Shown here: one piece after another, positions 23,247-33,273 of the stretch
Numbering within the stretch: the first letter of the stretch is position 1
How the letters are laid out: every line of letters starts with the position of its first letter
Origin: Escherichia coli
GTDB taxonomy: Bacteria > Pseudomonadota > Gammaproteobacteria > Enterobacterales > Enterobacteriaceae
Assembly (NCBI RefSeq): GCF_013315695.1
Contig: NZ_CP054353.1
Strand: one strand, 5' to 3'
Length of the DNA stretch: 64,000 bases
The notes under the pieces: generated by a model
Told to the model about the DNA's origin: nothing
What the model saw: the letters and a program-made list of their open reading frames with translations, nothing else
Database searches by the model: none
Position numbers and translations under genes: made by a program

Positions 23247-23535
23247 AGTCGAACGTGAACGACGTAAGGCGCAACTGCTTAGCCAGATCCAGCAACAACG
23301 GCTGGATCTTTCTGCCAGTCGTCGTGAATGGCTGGAGGCAACAGGCGCTTACGATCGTCGCTGGAATATGCTGCTAAGTCTGCGCTCCTGGGCGCTGGTT
23401 GGCAGTAGCGTGATGGCTATCTGGACGATTCGTCATCCCAATATGCTGGTCCGCTGGGCCAGACGCGGTTTTGGTGTATGGAGCGCCTGGCGTCTGGTGA
23501 AAACAACCCTCAAGCAACAACAGCTTCGCGGTTAA
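23236..23535 (+). CDS. yqjK: Small membrane protein YqjK
   Basis: GTG start (VSSKVERERRKAQLL), 99 aa, overlapping the yqjE stop. Confidence 0.7.
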   Translation: MSSKVERERRKAQLLSQIQQQRLDLSASRREWLEATGAYDRRWNMLLSLRSWALVGSSVMAIWTIRHPNMLVRWARRGFGVWSAWRLVKTTLKQQQLRG

Positions 23536-23720
23536 CTTCCTCTCTGGCCGGAGCCATTCCGGCCTTATCCCTCAAATTTTTTGAAGATTTTTGACAATTT
23601 TCCTTGCTAACAATCACGCTTCGCCACGTTTATGATTCTCTCCATCGACAGCAACGACGCTAATAGCGCGCCCTTGCACAAAAAACAATCAGCAGCCTGA
23701 GCGGCGCAGTGGAGAGTATG

Positions 23721-24113
23721 ATGAAAAAATTAGAAGATGTTGGTGTACTGGTAGCGCGTATTTTAATGCCGATTCTGTTTATTACCGCAGGCTGGGGAAA
23801 AATTACTGGCTACGCGGGTACCCAACAATATATGGAAGCAATGGGCGTCCCAGGTTTTATGCTGCCGCTGGTGATTCTGCTTGAGTTTGGTGGTGGTCTG
23901 GCAATCCTGTTCGGTTTCCTGACTCGCACCACAGCCCTGTTTACTGCGGGCTTTACGCTGCTGACGGCATTTTTATTTCACAGCAACTTTGCTGAAGGCG
24001 TCAACTCGCTGATGTTCATGAAAAACCTGACGATTTCTGGCGGGTTCTTGCTGCTGGCGATTACCGGTCCGGGCGCGTATAGCATCGACCGCCTGCTGAA
24101 TAAAAAGTGGTAA
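23721..24113 (+). CDS. yqjF: DoxX-family membrane oxidoreductase
   Basis: ORF 23709..24113; start MKKLEDVGVL gives 130 aa; four TM segments. Confidence 0.8.
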   Translation: MKKLEDVGVLVARILMPILFITAGWGKITGYAGTQQYMEAMGVPGFMLPLVILLEFGGGLAILFGFLTRTTALFTAGFTLLTAFLFHSNFAEGVNSLMFMKNLTISGGFLLLAITGPGAYSIDRLLNKKW

Positions 24114-24136
24114 GCACGCGCTATACTTAACAATAA

Positions 24137-24164
24137 AAAACGAGGAGGAAGCTCCTCGTTTTTG
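24137..24164 (+). terminator. Rho-independent terminator after yqjF
   Basis: AAAAACGAGGAG-GAA-GCTCCTCGTTTTT perfect hairpin with T-run. Confidence 0.65.
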
Positions 24165-24182
24165 CTATTGGAGGAGAGAAAA

Positions 24183-25169
24183 ATGGGTCAACTGATTGAC
24201 GGCGTCTGGCATGACACCTGGTACGATACCAAATCTACCGGCGGTAAATTTCAACGTTCAGCTTCCGCATTTCGTAACTGGCTCACTGCCGATGGCGCGC
24301 CAGGCCCCACTGGCACAGGCGGTTTTGCCGCAGAGAAAGATCGTTATCATCTCTATGTTTCACTCGCCTGCCCGTGGGCGCACCGCACGCTGATCATGCG
24401 TAAACTCAAAGGACTGGAACCGTTTATTTCCGTTTCCGTAGTGAACCCGCTGATGCTGGAAAACGGCTGGACCTTTGATGACAGTTTTCCGGGAGCAACC
24501 GGAGACACGCTCTATCAACATGAATTTCTGTATCAGCTTTATCTCCACGCCGATCCACACTACAGCGGACGAGTGACTGTTCCCGTGCTGTGGGACAAAA
24601 AGAACCACACCATCGTCAGCAACGAATCAGCAGAAATCATACGCATGTTCAATACCGCGTTTGATGCGCTGGGCGCGAAAGCGGGTGATTACTACCCACC
24701 AGCCCTGCAAACGAAAATTGACGAACTTAACGGCTGGATTTATGACACTGTTAACAACGGCGTGTATAAAGCTGGTTTTGCCACCAGCCAGCAAGCTTAC
24801 GACGAGGCGGTGGCGAAAGTGTTTGAATCGCTGGCGCGACTGGAGCAGATTTTAGGCCAGCATCGTTACCTGACCGGCAATCAGCTAACCGAAGCCGATA
24901 TTCGCCTGTGGACCACGCTGGTCCGTTTTGATCCGGTGTATGTGACCCACTTCAAGTGTGATAAGCACCGCATCAGCGATTACCTGAATCTGTATGGCTT
25001 CCTGCGCGATATCTACCAGATGCCGGGAATTGCCGAAACAGTCAATTTCGATCACATCCGTAATCATTACTTCCGCAGCCATAAGACCATCAACCCTACG
25101 GGGATTATTTCAATTGGTCCGTGGCAGGATCTCGATGAACCGCATGGACGAGATGTTCGCTTCGGTTAA
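24183..25169 (+). CDS. yqjG: Glutathionyl-hydroquinone reductase (Xi-class GST)
   Basis: ORF 24162..25169; start MGQLIDGVWHD gives 328 aa; CPWAHR active-site motif. Confidence 0.9.
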   Translation: MGQLIDGVWHDTWYDTKSTGGKFQRSASAFRNWLTADGAPGPTGTGGFAAEKDRYHLYVSLACPWAHRTLIMRKLKGLEPFISVSVVNPLMLENGWTFDDSFPGATGDTLYQHEFLYQLYLHADPHYSGRVTVPVLWDKKNHTIVSNESAEIIRMFNTAFDALGAKAGDYYPPALQTKIDELNGWIYDTVNNGVYKAGFATSQQAYDEAVAKVFESLARLEQILGQHRYLTGNQLTEADIRLWTTLVRFDPVYVTHFKCDKHRISDYLNLYGFLRDIYQMPGIAETVNFDHIRNHYFRSHKTINPTGIISIGPWQDLDEPHGRDVRFG

Positions 25170-25221
25170 AAAAAGGCACCTTACGAGGTGCCTCTGATAA
25201 TTAGCTAAGTGCGTGTTGTTC

Positions 25222-25322
25222 ATGTCGGATGCGGCGTGAACGCCTTATCAAACCTACAAAACATTTATATTCAATATGTTGCAATGACCGCGCAGGCCAG
25301 ATAAGCGTAGCGCATCTGGCAA
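25222..25322. repeat. REP element cluster
   Basis: GTCGGATGCGGCGTGAACGCCTTATC and CAGATAAGCGTAGCGCATCTGGC units. Confidence 0.6.
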
Positions 25323-25451
25323 TTTTGCGCTTGCCCTTATCCTTCACAGCGCCTTATTAATTCATCGAGATAATATTTACTGCCATTTCATTCACGTCTA
25401 TTCTTAATTTGCTGCTTTAAAAACAAGTGATTGAGCAAAATTGAGGCAAAA

Positions 25452-25817
25452 ATGGACTGGTATCTGAAAGTACTAAAAAATTATGTCGGTTTCCGGGGTC
25501 GTGCGCGGCGCAAAGAGTACTGGATGTTTATTCTGGTCAACATCATCTTTACGTTCGTGCTGGGGCTACTGGATAAAATGTTAGGCTGGCAACGTGCCGG
25601 TGGCGAAGGCATCCTGACGACAATCTACGGTATTCTGGTGTTTTTACCATGGTGGGCAGTTCAGTTCCGCCGCCTGCACGACACCGACCGCTCGGCGTGG
25701 TGGGCACTGTTGTTCTTAATCCCGTTTATCGGCTGGCTTATTATCATCGTCTTTAACTGTCAGGCGGGTACGCCAGGCGAAAACCGCTTTGGACCAGATC
25801 CGAAACTGGAACCTTAA
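25452..25817 (+). CDS. yhaH: DUF805 inner membrane protein
   Basis: ORF 25431..25817; start MDWYLKVLKNYVGF gives 121 aa. Confidence 0.8.
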   Translation: MDWYLKVLKNYVGFRGRARRKEYWMFILVNIIFTFVLGLLDKMLGWQRAGGEGILTTIYGILVFLPWWAVQFRRLHDTDRSAWWALLFLIPFIGWLIIIVFNCQAGTPGENRFGPDPKLEP

Positions 25818-26058
25818 AACAAATCTCCTCGCCGGATGTCTGACTCATCCGGCTTTTATCATTATGTTGATGAATAAATAATCTACTAATGTTTATTTAA
25901 ATTATTTCAATGTCGTTATATAAATTACATATAAAAAACGACCATGTATTTATCTTAAATATCAAAACCTTTATAACATCCGAAAAAGAAAGATACGAAT
26001 AGCATTTACTCCATCCCCGGAATAGACTTTCGCAACTTTTAATTAAAGGGATGTTTTT

Positions 26059-26415
26059 ATGCAGTGGTATTTAGCCGTATTAAAAAATTATGTTGGTTTC
26101 TCTGGTCGTGCACGTCGTAAAGAGTACTGGATGTTTACTCTGATTAACGCCATCGTCGGCGCTATTATCAATGTCATTCAATTGATTTTAGGTTTAGAGT
26201 TTCCATTCCTTTCTCTCATTTACCTGGCAGCAACAATCATTCCGGTCATTGCTCTGTGCGTTCGTCGTCTGCACGATACTGACCGTTCAGGTGCGTGGGC
26301 GCTTCTCTATCTGGTACCGGTCATTGGCTGGTTAGTTCTGTTTGTATTTGCCTGTTTAGAAGGCAATTCTGGCAGCAATCGTTACGGAAACGATCCGAAG
26401 TTTGGTTCAAATTAA
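26059..26415 (+). CDS. yhaI: DUF805 inner membrane protein, paralog of yhaH
   Basis: 118-aa ORF; shares WYLxVLKNYVGFxGRARRKEYWMF and RRLHDTDRS motifs with yhaH. Confidence 0.8.
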   Translation: MQWYLAVLKNYVGFSGRARRKEYWMFTLINAIVGAIINVIQLILGLEFPFLSLIYLAATIIPVIALCVRRLHDTDRSGAWALLYLVPVIGWLVLFVFACLEGNSGSNRYGNDPKFGSN

Positions 26416-26465
26416 TCTTAGAATTGGGGCGATATTTCGCCCCTTTTTATTAAAAATAACAAATA

Positions 26466-27362
26466 TTATTTTCCGCTAAAAAGTTTGGGAATTTCCCGCA
26501 GACACCAGGATTTCGCCTCCCCCATACTGTCACGACGCCAGGCCATAATAATATCGATCTCGCTGGTCGATTCCGGGCTGACGACACGCAACCGCCCTTC
26601 CGCAATATCTTTTTCGACCATCGGATACGGCATCGTCGCCACGCCAAGCCCCGCCAGTAATGCCTGACGTTTATCTTCAATCGTGCTCACCGTTAAACGC
26701 GGCTGTTTGTCCAGTAGCTGTACGGTCAATACCGGGCGCTCACGAGCGGTATCCGCCACCGCAATTCCACGATATTTCACGCGCGTCACTTCAGATAACG
26801 GTTCCGGCTCCTGATGAATCGGGTGATCAGGCGCGGCAACATAGACGTTCATTAAGGTATAGAGTTTGCGCGAGTTGATCTCCGACGAGGAGCGAAAATG
26901 CATATCCGGCGCGATAACAATATCCGCCCGCCCCTGCTCCAGCCGTTCCCACGCCCCTGCCAGCACTTCAGTGATGATTGCCAGTTGGGTATTGGCTTTT
27001 GCCGCCAGTTTGTCGATTAACGGGAAAAAGGCAGGTGTCGGTACCAGCGCTTCGGTCACAATGGTGAGATGCGTTTCCCAACCGCGCGCGAGAGCTTCCG
27101 CATCGGTAGTCAGTTTATCTGCGGCTTCCAGCAAAACGCGCCCTCGCTCCAGCAACATCCTCCCGACATTGGTGAATTTGGTGCGATGGCCCGAGCGGTC
27201 AAACAGCACCACATCCAGCTCTTCTTCCAGTTTTTGCATGGTGTAGCTAAGTGCGGAAGGCACGCGTCCCAGCTCATCCGCCGCCGCCGCAAAACTGCCC
27301 CGGCGATCGATCGCATCCATAACCCGTAGTGCTTCCAGCGTTAATGCCCTTTCTTTGGCCAT
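26466..27362 (-). CDS. yhaJ: LysR-family transcriptional regulator
   Basis: 298-aa ORF with N-terminal HTH; divergent from yhaK. Confidence 0.85.
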   Translation of the reverse strand: MAKERALTLEALRVMDAIDRRGSFAAAADELGRVPSALSYTMQKLEEELDVVLFDRSGHRTKFTNVGRMLLERGRVLLEAADKLTTDAEALARGWETHLTIVTEALVPTPAFFPLIDKLAAKANTQLAIITEVLAGAWERLEQGRADIVIAPDMHFRSSSEINSRKLYTLMNVYVAAPDHPIHQEPEPLSEVTRVKYRGIAVADTARERPVLTVQLLDKQPRLTVSTIEDKRQALLAGLGVATMPYPMVEKDIAEGRLRVVSPESTSEIDIIMAWRRDSMGEAKSWCLREIPKLFSGK

Positions 27363-27466
27363 TTCGTTCTCATTCAGGAAATTTGAACATACCGGGCAGA
27401 ATATCTGGCTAACAATGTAGCGTCCAGCCCCTTACCATAAAAGTAAGTAAAGAGAGGTCAAGAATT

Positions 27467-28168
27467 ATGATTACTACCCGAACTGCCAGGCAGTGTGGAC
27501 AAGCAGACTACGGATGGTTGCAGGCCCGGTATACTTTTTCCTTTGGACACTACTTCGACCCGAAATTGTTAGGCTATGCCTCCCTGCGCGTGCTTAACCA
27601 GGAAGTGCTGGCCCCAGGTGCCGCCTTTCAGCCGCGAACCTATCCCAAAGTCGATATTTTAAATGTGATTCTGGATGGAGAAGCTGAGTATCGCGACAGC
27701 GAAGGCAATCATGTTCAGACCAGCACTGGTGAGGTGTTGCTGCTCTCTACCCAGCCGGGTGTCAGCTATAGCGAACACAATCTCAGCAAAGACAAACCGT
27801 TAACGCGAATGCAGCTTTGGCTGGATGCCTGCCCACAACGAGAGAATCCGCTGATTCAAAAACTGGCGCTTAATATGAGCAAGCAGCAATTAATCGCCTC
27901 GCCAGAAGGTGGGATGGGAAGCCTGCAATTGCGCCAGCAAGTGTGGCTGCACCATATCGTGCTCGACAAAGGCGAAAGTGCGAATTTCCAGTTGCATGGG
28001 CCACGCGCGTATTTGCAATCGATTCACGGGAAATTTCATGCGCTTACGCATCATGAAGAGAAAGCGGCGCTAACCTGCGGTGATGGGGCGTTTATTCGTG
28101 ACGAGGCTAACATTACGCTGGTTGCCGATTCCCCACTGCGCGCTTTGCTGATAGATTTGCCTGTCTAG
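27467..28168 (+). CDS. yhaK: Pirin-like bicupin protein
   Basis: 233-aa ORF recognised as YhaK. Confidence 0.85.
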   Translation: MITTRTARQCGQADYGWLQARYTFSFGHYFDPKLLGYASLRVLNQEVLAPGAAFQPRTYPKVDILNVILDGEAEYRDSEGNHVQTSTGEVLLLSTQPGVSYSEHNLSKDKPLTRMQLWLDACPQRENPLIQKLALNMSKQQLIASPEGGMGSLQLRQQVWLHHIVLDKGESANFQLHGPRAYLQSIHGKFHALTHHEEKAALTCGDGAFIRDEANITLVADSPLRALLIDLPV

Positions 28169-28190
28169 TTGTTTTTACAGGGAGATGATG

Positions 28191-28355
28191 ATGAGTAAAA
28201 AATCGGCCAAAAAGCGTCAGCCAGTGAAGCCCGTGGTGGCGAAAGAACCTGCTCGCACCGCCAATAATTTTGGTTATGAAGAGATGTTGAGCGAGCTGGA
28301 AGCCATCGTCGCGGATGCTGAAACGCGTTTAGCCGAGGATGAAGCTACCGCGTAA
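28191..28355 (+). CDS. yhaL: Small protein YhaL (54 aa)
   Basis: Short ORF MSKKSAKKRQPVKPVVAKEPARTANNFGYEEMLSELEAIVADAETRLAEDEATA, below the ORF-track size cut-off; coordinates hand-counted (plus or minus 1). Confidence 0.55.
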   Translation: MSKKSAKKRQPVKPVVAKEPARTANNFGYEEMLSELEAIVADAETRLAEDEATA

Positions 28356-28357
28356 AG

Positions 28358-28472
28358 ACAGGTGCCGGATGTGGCGTAAACGCCTTATCCGGCCTACAAA
28401 ACACAACAACATCAACAAATTGTGCAATTCGTAGGCCGGATAAGATGCGCCAGCATCGCATCCGGCACGATA
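28358..28472. repeat. REP element cluster (BIME-like)
   Basis: Three GCCGGATG / CATCCGGC-type palindromic units. Confidence 0.6.
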
Positions 28473-28487
28473 CCCAAAACCGGGCGT

Positions 28488-29798
28488 TTATCTGGCCTTG
28501 CTCGCCATAATCTCGATAATCTGCCGATCCGTTTGCTGCATCGAATGGCTTGCTAACGCACACAGGTTGGCAATCGACTGCTCAACATCATGCGCCACAA
28601 TCCCTTCATTACCGGTTACGGCGGTATCATCCAGCGCCATTAACACCGCTTTCCACGCAGCCGAAGCACTGGTCGAAACCTTCATCGCGCAGCTGTTCGA
28701 TGCACCATCGCAAATCATGCCACTGACATCGCCGATCATACTGCTGATCGCCATCGAGATGGTTTCATAACGCCCATCCACCAGCCATGCCATCCCGGCA
28801 GCGGCCCCCATTGCTGCGGTCGTTGCGGCACACAGCGCAGACAAACGCGGTAACTGGTTATGGATGTAAATCGCGCTCAAATGCGAAAGCATCAGCGCAC
28901 GCGCCAGCCGTTCATCATCCGCTCCGAAGTGTTCAGCTACCACCACCACGGGCATTGTTGCGGTGATCCCCTGGTTACCCGAGCCGGAGTTACTCATTGC
29001 CGGAAGCGTAGCGCCGCCCATACGCGCATCGGATGCCGCGCTGGTACGAATCACAATGGATGAAGAGAGATCTTTCGCCAGCAAGCCGCGCGCGCACTGT
29101 TTTTCCAGCGTCGCACCAATATGCAGCCCCCAGTTACCGCTCAAACCTTCCTGCGATAACGCACAATTTAACTTCGCAGAATCGAGAATAAAGCGGATCG
29201 CCGCAAACGGGACTTCATTAACGAACTTCAGGATCTCAGCCAGCGTCGTTCTGGAAAGCACCGTCAGCGGCGACTCTTGCTCGCCCTCTGTCACACACGC
29301 CTGCTGGGTAAACACCACACCATTGTGCGTCTCAACATGCACAATGTTGGTATGCCCGCCGACGATGGTGACACACGCCCACTTCTCACCGTTCCAGACT
29401 TTGGCGCGTGAGAAGAGGATTTCATCGCAAGGTTCCTGGATCTTAACTGAGACTTTCCCCGCCGCCAGCAGTGCTTTGGCATCGGAAATTGCCTGCGCAG
29501 TTGCGTCTTTCAGCACTTCCAGCCCGGCGTTAGCATTTCCACCTAACGCTCCCAGCGCCGCCGCAATTGGCAGCCCCACCATTCCTGTACCAGGAACGGT
29601 GACACCCAGACCGTTCTTCATCAGATTTGGCGAAACCCAGGCTTCTACACGTTCAACCGGACCTTCCAGTTCTGCCGCAGCAACCGCCGCCGCCAGCGCC
29701 AGTGAAATCGGTTCAGTACATCCCAGCGCCGGTTTTACTTCCTCCTGAACGGCGAGGATGTAACGCTGCCATAACGGATTTAAAGTCGAATCAAACAT
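28488..29798 (-). CDS. cyuA: L-cysteine desulfidase
   Basis: 436-aa ORF recognised as YhaM/CyuA. Confidence 0.85.
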   Translation of the reverse strand: MFDSTLNPLWQRYILAVQEEVKPALGCTEPISLALAAAVAAAELEGPVERVEAWVSPNLMKNGLGVTVPGTGMVGLPIAAALGALGGNANAGLEVLKDATAQAISDAKALLAAGKVSVKIQEPCDEILFSRAKVWNGEKWACVTIVGGHTNIVHVETHNGVVFTQQACVTEGEQESPLTVLSRTTLAEILKFVNEVPFAAIRFILDSAKLNCALSQEGLSGNWGLHIGATLEKQCARGLLAKDLSSSIVIRTSAASDARMGGATLPAMSNSGSGNQGITATMPVVVVAEHFGADDERLARALMLSHLSAIYIHNQLPRLSALCAATTAAMGAAAGMAWLVDGRYETISMAISSMIGDVSGMICDGASNSCAMKVSTSASAAWKAVLMALDDTAVTGNEGIVAHDVEQSIANLCALASHSMQQTDRQIIEIMASKAR

Positions 29799-29825
29799 AT
29801 TAAAAACCTTAAAATTTCAGGTAAA

Positions 29826-31157
29826 TCAAGAAAATGCCAGGAACGGAGAAACACAAAGCAACAAACCAGTGACGATAATCAGGTACAGAGACATCCCTTT
29901 GTATTTGTGCAATGCCGGTACTTTGTAAACCAGCCACGCCGGGATCAGGCACCCTACCATGCCGAAAATCGGGCTACAGATAGAGGTGAAGCTCAACACC
30001 GGTGCGTTCAGTACGATGGCGCTCCAGGCCAGCAAAATGGCGAAAATCATGATGCCGCGCTGAACGAGATTTTCGTTAATCTTCTCGGCAGGTATCTTGC
30101 GACGCAGGATGTTCATTACGATCCCTTGCGTTGCTTCGCGAAAGCCTAAATAGACGCCAAAGAATGCAGTCATTACAGCAAAGATATTGAGAATGACGCT
30201 GACCACTTTCACCCACGCTGCGCCGTCACCGCTAATAAACTGTGCGGCAATCGCCAGCGCGGAAATATTCTGCTCGTAGGCTTTTACCGCTTCGTCATGT
30301 CCCATCGCCAGCGTGAATGACACGGCGTAGAAAAAGACGGTGACAAACAAAATGCCAAACGCGATATTCATTGCCCGCAATGCTTTATGCCGCGCCACTT
30401 CAATTGATTTTTCCCGCGAACGATAAGAGATCACCATCGGGCTTAACGTCTGGATAAACAGAATCGACGTCAGGGTAAACGGCAGCGTAATAATGGCGTT
30501 TTTCACCAGCAGCCCCAGCGGCGGTAGCGAACCGACGTTATACAGATGCCACATTCCCACCATCGACACGCCCAGCGCCGCGACCACCAGCAGCTTGGTC
30601 AGCACCATGCCGGTCGAAATTTTGAATAACAATTTCTCGCCGCGTGAGGAGATCGCCACCAGAATGCAAATCAGTACCAGACCATAAAAGGGACTGTCTG
30701 ACAGCAACCCTTCCGTCACGCCGAAGGTATGCAGGTAGGAAGCACTATCGTTGGTGATGGCGGTGGAATAGACGAACATCCAAATCACCAGCATTACGAA
30801 ATAGAGTGCACCTAACAGGATGCCCCAGTTTTTACCTAAATAACCGCTGATGACGCTCGGGTAATCTTTACACTCCGGTGATTCTGCCAGCGTATTAATA
30901 AACAACCGCTGAAACAGATACATTGCCGGGTAACCAATCACCGATGAGAGCAAAAATACCCACAATCCCATCAAACCGACCTGCACCGGGAGAAAAACAA
31001 TCCCCGCGCCAATCGCCATCCCGATACTCATAATCACCCAGCCGGTGTCAGTACTGTCGAATTTGATCGCTTCTCGCCACTCGCTCTCACTCATTCCAGC
31101 ACGACCCGCCGGGGTCGAAGCGTCTGCAATGACGCCTTTATTCGATGCAATTTCCAT
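29826..31157 (-). CDS. cyuP: Cysteine/serine transporter (HAAAP family)
   Basis: 443-aa polytopic ORF recognised as YhaO/CyuP, upstream of cyuA. Confidence 0.85.
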   Translation of the reverse strand: MEIASNKGVIADASTPAGRAGMSESEWREAIKFDSTDTGWVIMSIGMAIGAGIVFLPVQVGLMGLWVFLLSSVIGYPAMYLFQRLFINTLAESPECKDYPSVISGYLGKNWGILLGALYFVMLVIWMFVYSTAITNDSASYLHTFGVTEGLLSDSPFYGLVLICILVAISSRGEKLLFKISTGMVLTKLLVVAALGVSMVGMWHLYNVGSLPPLGLLVKNAIITLPFTLTSILFIQTLSPMVISYRSREKSIEVARHKALRAMNIAFGILFVTVFFYAVSFTLAMGHDEAVKAYEQNISALAIAAQFISGDGAAWVKVVSVILNIFAVMTAFFGVYLGFREATQGIVMNILRRKIPAEKINENLVQRGIMIFAILLAWSAIVLNAPVLSFTSICSPIFGMVGCLIPAWLVYKVPALHKYKGMSLYLIIVTGLLLCVSPFLAFS

Positions 31158-31434
31158 AATTTCTCGCTCAATATTTTGTAGGGCTTATTATTTTTTTCCG
31201 AGCCGCATCAAGGCGATATGCGGTCTACGTTTTTGCAGGCGAGTTATTAGAATAAAGAAATGATACGCGTGAGATCAGAGAAAATCTTCACAATCAAGAC
31301 TTTTAAATAGCAATTGTGGGTAATAATTTTCTATTAAATTGAGTTAATAGAAATAATTATTCTCTATTTGCGGCAGATCACAATAAAAAAGGGTGCACAT
31401 TTTGTGCACCCAAGGATGATAGCTGACAGCAATG

Positions 31435-32799
31435 TCAGCCGCAGACCACTTTAATAGCCAGTCCTCCGCGTGATGTTTCGCGGTATTTATCGTTCATATC
31501 TTTGCCGGTTTCATACATCGTCTCGATCACTTTATCGAGCGAAACACGCGGTGCCGAGGTGCGGCGCATTGCCATCCGCGCGGCGTTTACTGCTTTCACG
31601 GCATTAATGGCATTACGTTCAATGCACGGGATTTGTACCTGTCCGGCAACCGGATCGCAGGTCAGCCCAAGGTTGTGCTCCATCGCGATTTCCGCCGCAT
31701 TGCATACCTGCGCCGGACTGCCGCCCAGTAGTTCAGTTAACCCTGCCGCCGCCATTGAACAGGCCACGCCAATCTCCCCCTGACAGCCGACTTCCGCGCC
31801 AGAGATGGAGGCGTTCATTTTATACAGCGCGCCAATAGCCCCGGCTGCAAGAAAATAGCGGGCAATTGACCGCTCATTTACCGGACGACGGAACTTATCG
31901 TAATAAGCCAGCACTGCCGGAATAATGCCGCACGCACCGTTAGTCGGTGCCGTTACCACGCGCCCGCCAGCTGCGTTTTCTTCACTAACCGCCAGCGCGT
32001 ACATGTTGATCCAGTCGATGACATTCATCGGATCGTTAGAGATGTTATCGCTGGAAACCAGTTGACGACGCAGCGCTACGGCACGGCGCGGCACATTGAG
32101 CGGACCAGGCAGCACGCCTTCAGTATTCATTCCACGTTCAATACCGTCATGCATCACTTGCCAGATACGGGCAAACCCTGCGTCAATTTCCGCTTTACTG
32201 CGCAGCGCCAGCTCGTTGTGCATCATCAGGCCAGATATAGACAGGCCGTTGTAATCACACATTTTCAGCAGTTCACCTGCTGAGTGGAAATCGTAAGGTA
32301 CGGGTGTTTCGACATCGTGCGACAGGCCGAAGTGTTCTTCTTCGACAATAAACCCGCCGCCGACAGAGTAATAGGTTTTGCTTAATAGCGCTTCCTGTCC
32401 CTTCCAGGCAGTGATCCGCATTCCGTTCTCATGGCGAGGCAACATTTCGGGATGGAAGATAATGTTCTTTGCTACAGGAAAATCAACAATATGCGCACCA
32501 GATGCCACTGGCAGCCGCCCGCTGCGCGTTACTAACTCTATAAATGCAGGGATCTCATCAATGACAACATCCTGCGGACTGTTTCCTGCCAGTCCCATGA
32601 TGATGGCGACATCCGTGGCATGGCCTTTGCCCGTCAGTGACAACGACCCGTACAGATCGACCACAATATGGCTCGTCGCGGTTAATAAGCCGCTACTTTC
32701 CAGCCGATCAATAAAACTTTTTCCGGCATTCATTGGCCCCACGGTATGCGAACTGGAGGGACCAATCCCAATTTTGAAAATATCGAATGCACTAATCAT
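31435..32799 (-). CDS. tdcG: L-serine dehydratase (Fe-S)
   Basis: ORF 31435..32805; start [22 protein letters not shown] gives 454 aa. Confidence 0.9.
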   Translation of the reverse strand: MISAFDIFKIGIGPSSSHTVGPMNAGKSFIDRLESSGLLTATSHIVVDLYGSLSLTGKGHATDVAIIMGLAGNSPQDVVIDEIPAFIELVTRSGRLPVASGAHIVDFPVAKNIIFHPEMLPRHENGMRITAWKGQEALLSKTYYSVGGGFIVEEEHFGLSHDVETPVPYDFHSAGELLKMCDYNGLSISGLMMHNELALRSKAEIDAGFARIWQVMHDGIERGMNTEGVLPGPLNVPRRAVALRRQLVSSDNISNDPMNVIDWINMYALAVSEENAAGGRVVTAPTNGACGIIPAVLAYYDKFRRPVNERSIARYFLAAGAIGALYKMNASISGAEVGCQGEIGVACSMAAAGLTELLGGSPAQVCNAAEIAMEHNLGLTCDPVAGQVQIPCIERNAINAVKAVNAARMAMRRTSAPRVSLDKVIETMYETGKDMNDKYRETSRGGLAIKVVCG

Positions 32800-32870
32800 A
32801 TCCACACCCTCGGATTGCCGTTCAGTGAAGTGGAGCGGAACGACCTTGCGACCGTCCCGCTCACGAGGCT

Positions 32871-33260
32871 TTACGCACTACGTACTGCGATGGCTTCAAT
32901 TTCCAGCTTCACATCTTTCGGCAAACGCGCTACCTGCACACAGCTCCGGGTCGGGTAGGTCGCCTGATGCTCATCGAAGAACTGCTTATAGACTTCATTG
33001 ATGGTGGCAAAATCATTCAGATCGGTGATGAACACGGTCATCTTGATGATATCGCCCACGCTCAGCCCGGCAGCAACCACGATCGCTTTGACGTTTTCGA
33101 GGCTTAAACGCGCCTGATCTTGCACATCAGCCGGGATCTCACCGGTCTGTGGGCAAACCGGAATTTGCCCGGAGGTGAAGACCATGCTGCCTAAATCAAC
33201 GCCTTGAACATAAGGGCCGATTGCGCCTGGGGCACGTTGCGTTTCGATAATCTTTTTCAT
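32871..33260 (-). CDS. tdcF: RidA-family enamine/imine deaminase
   Basis: ORF 32871..33323; conserved start MKKIIETQRAPGAIGPY gives 129 aa. Confidence 0.9.
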   Translation of the reverse strand: MKKIIETQRAPGAIGPYVQGVDLGSMVFTSGQIPVCPQTGEIPADVQDQARLSLENVKAIVVAAGLSVGDIIKMTVFITDLNDFATINEVYKQFFDEHQATYPTRSCVQVARLPKDVKLEIEAIAVRSA

Positions 33261-33273
33261 ACATCCTCCGGCG

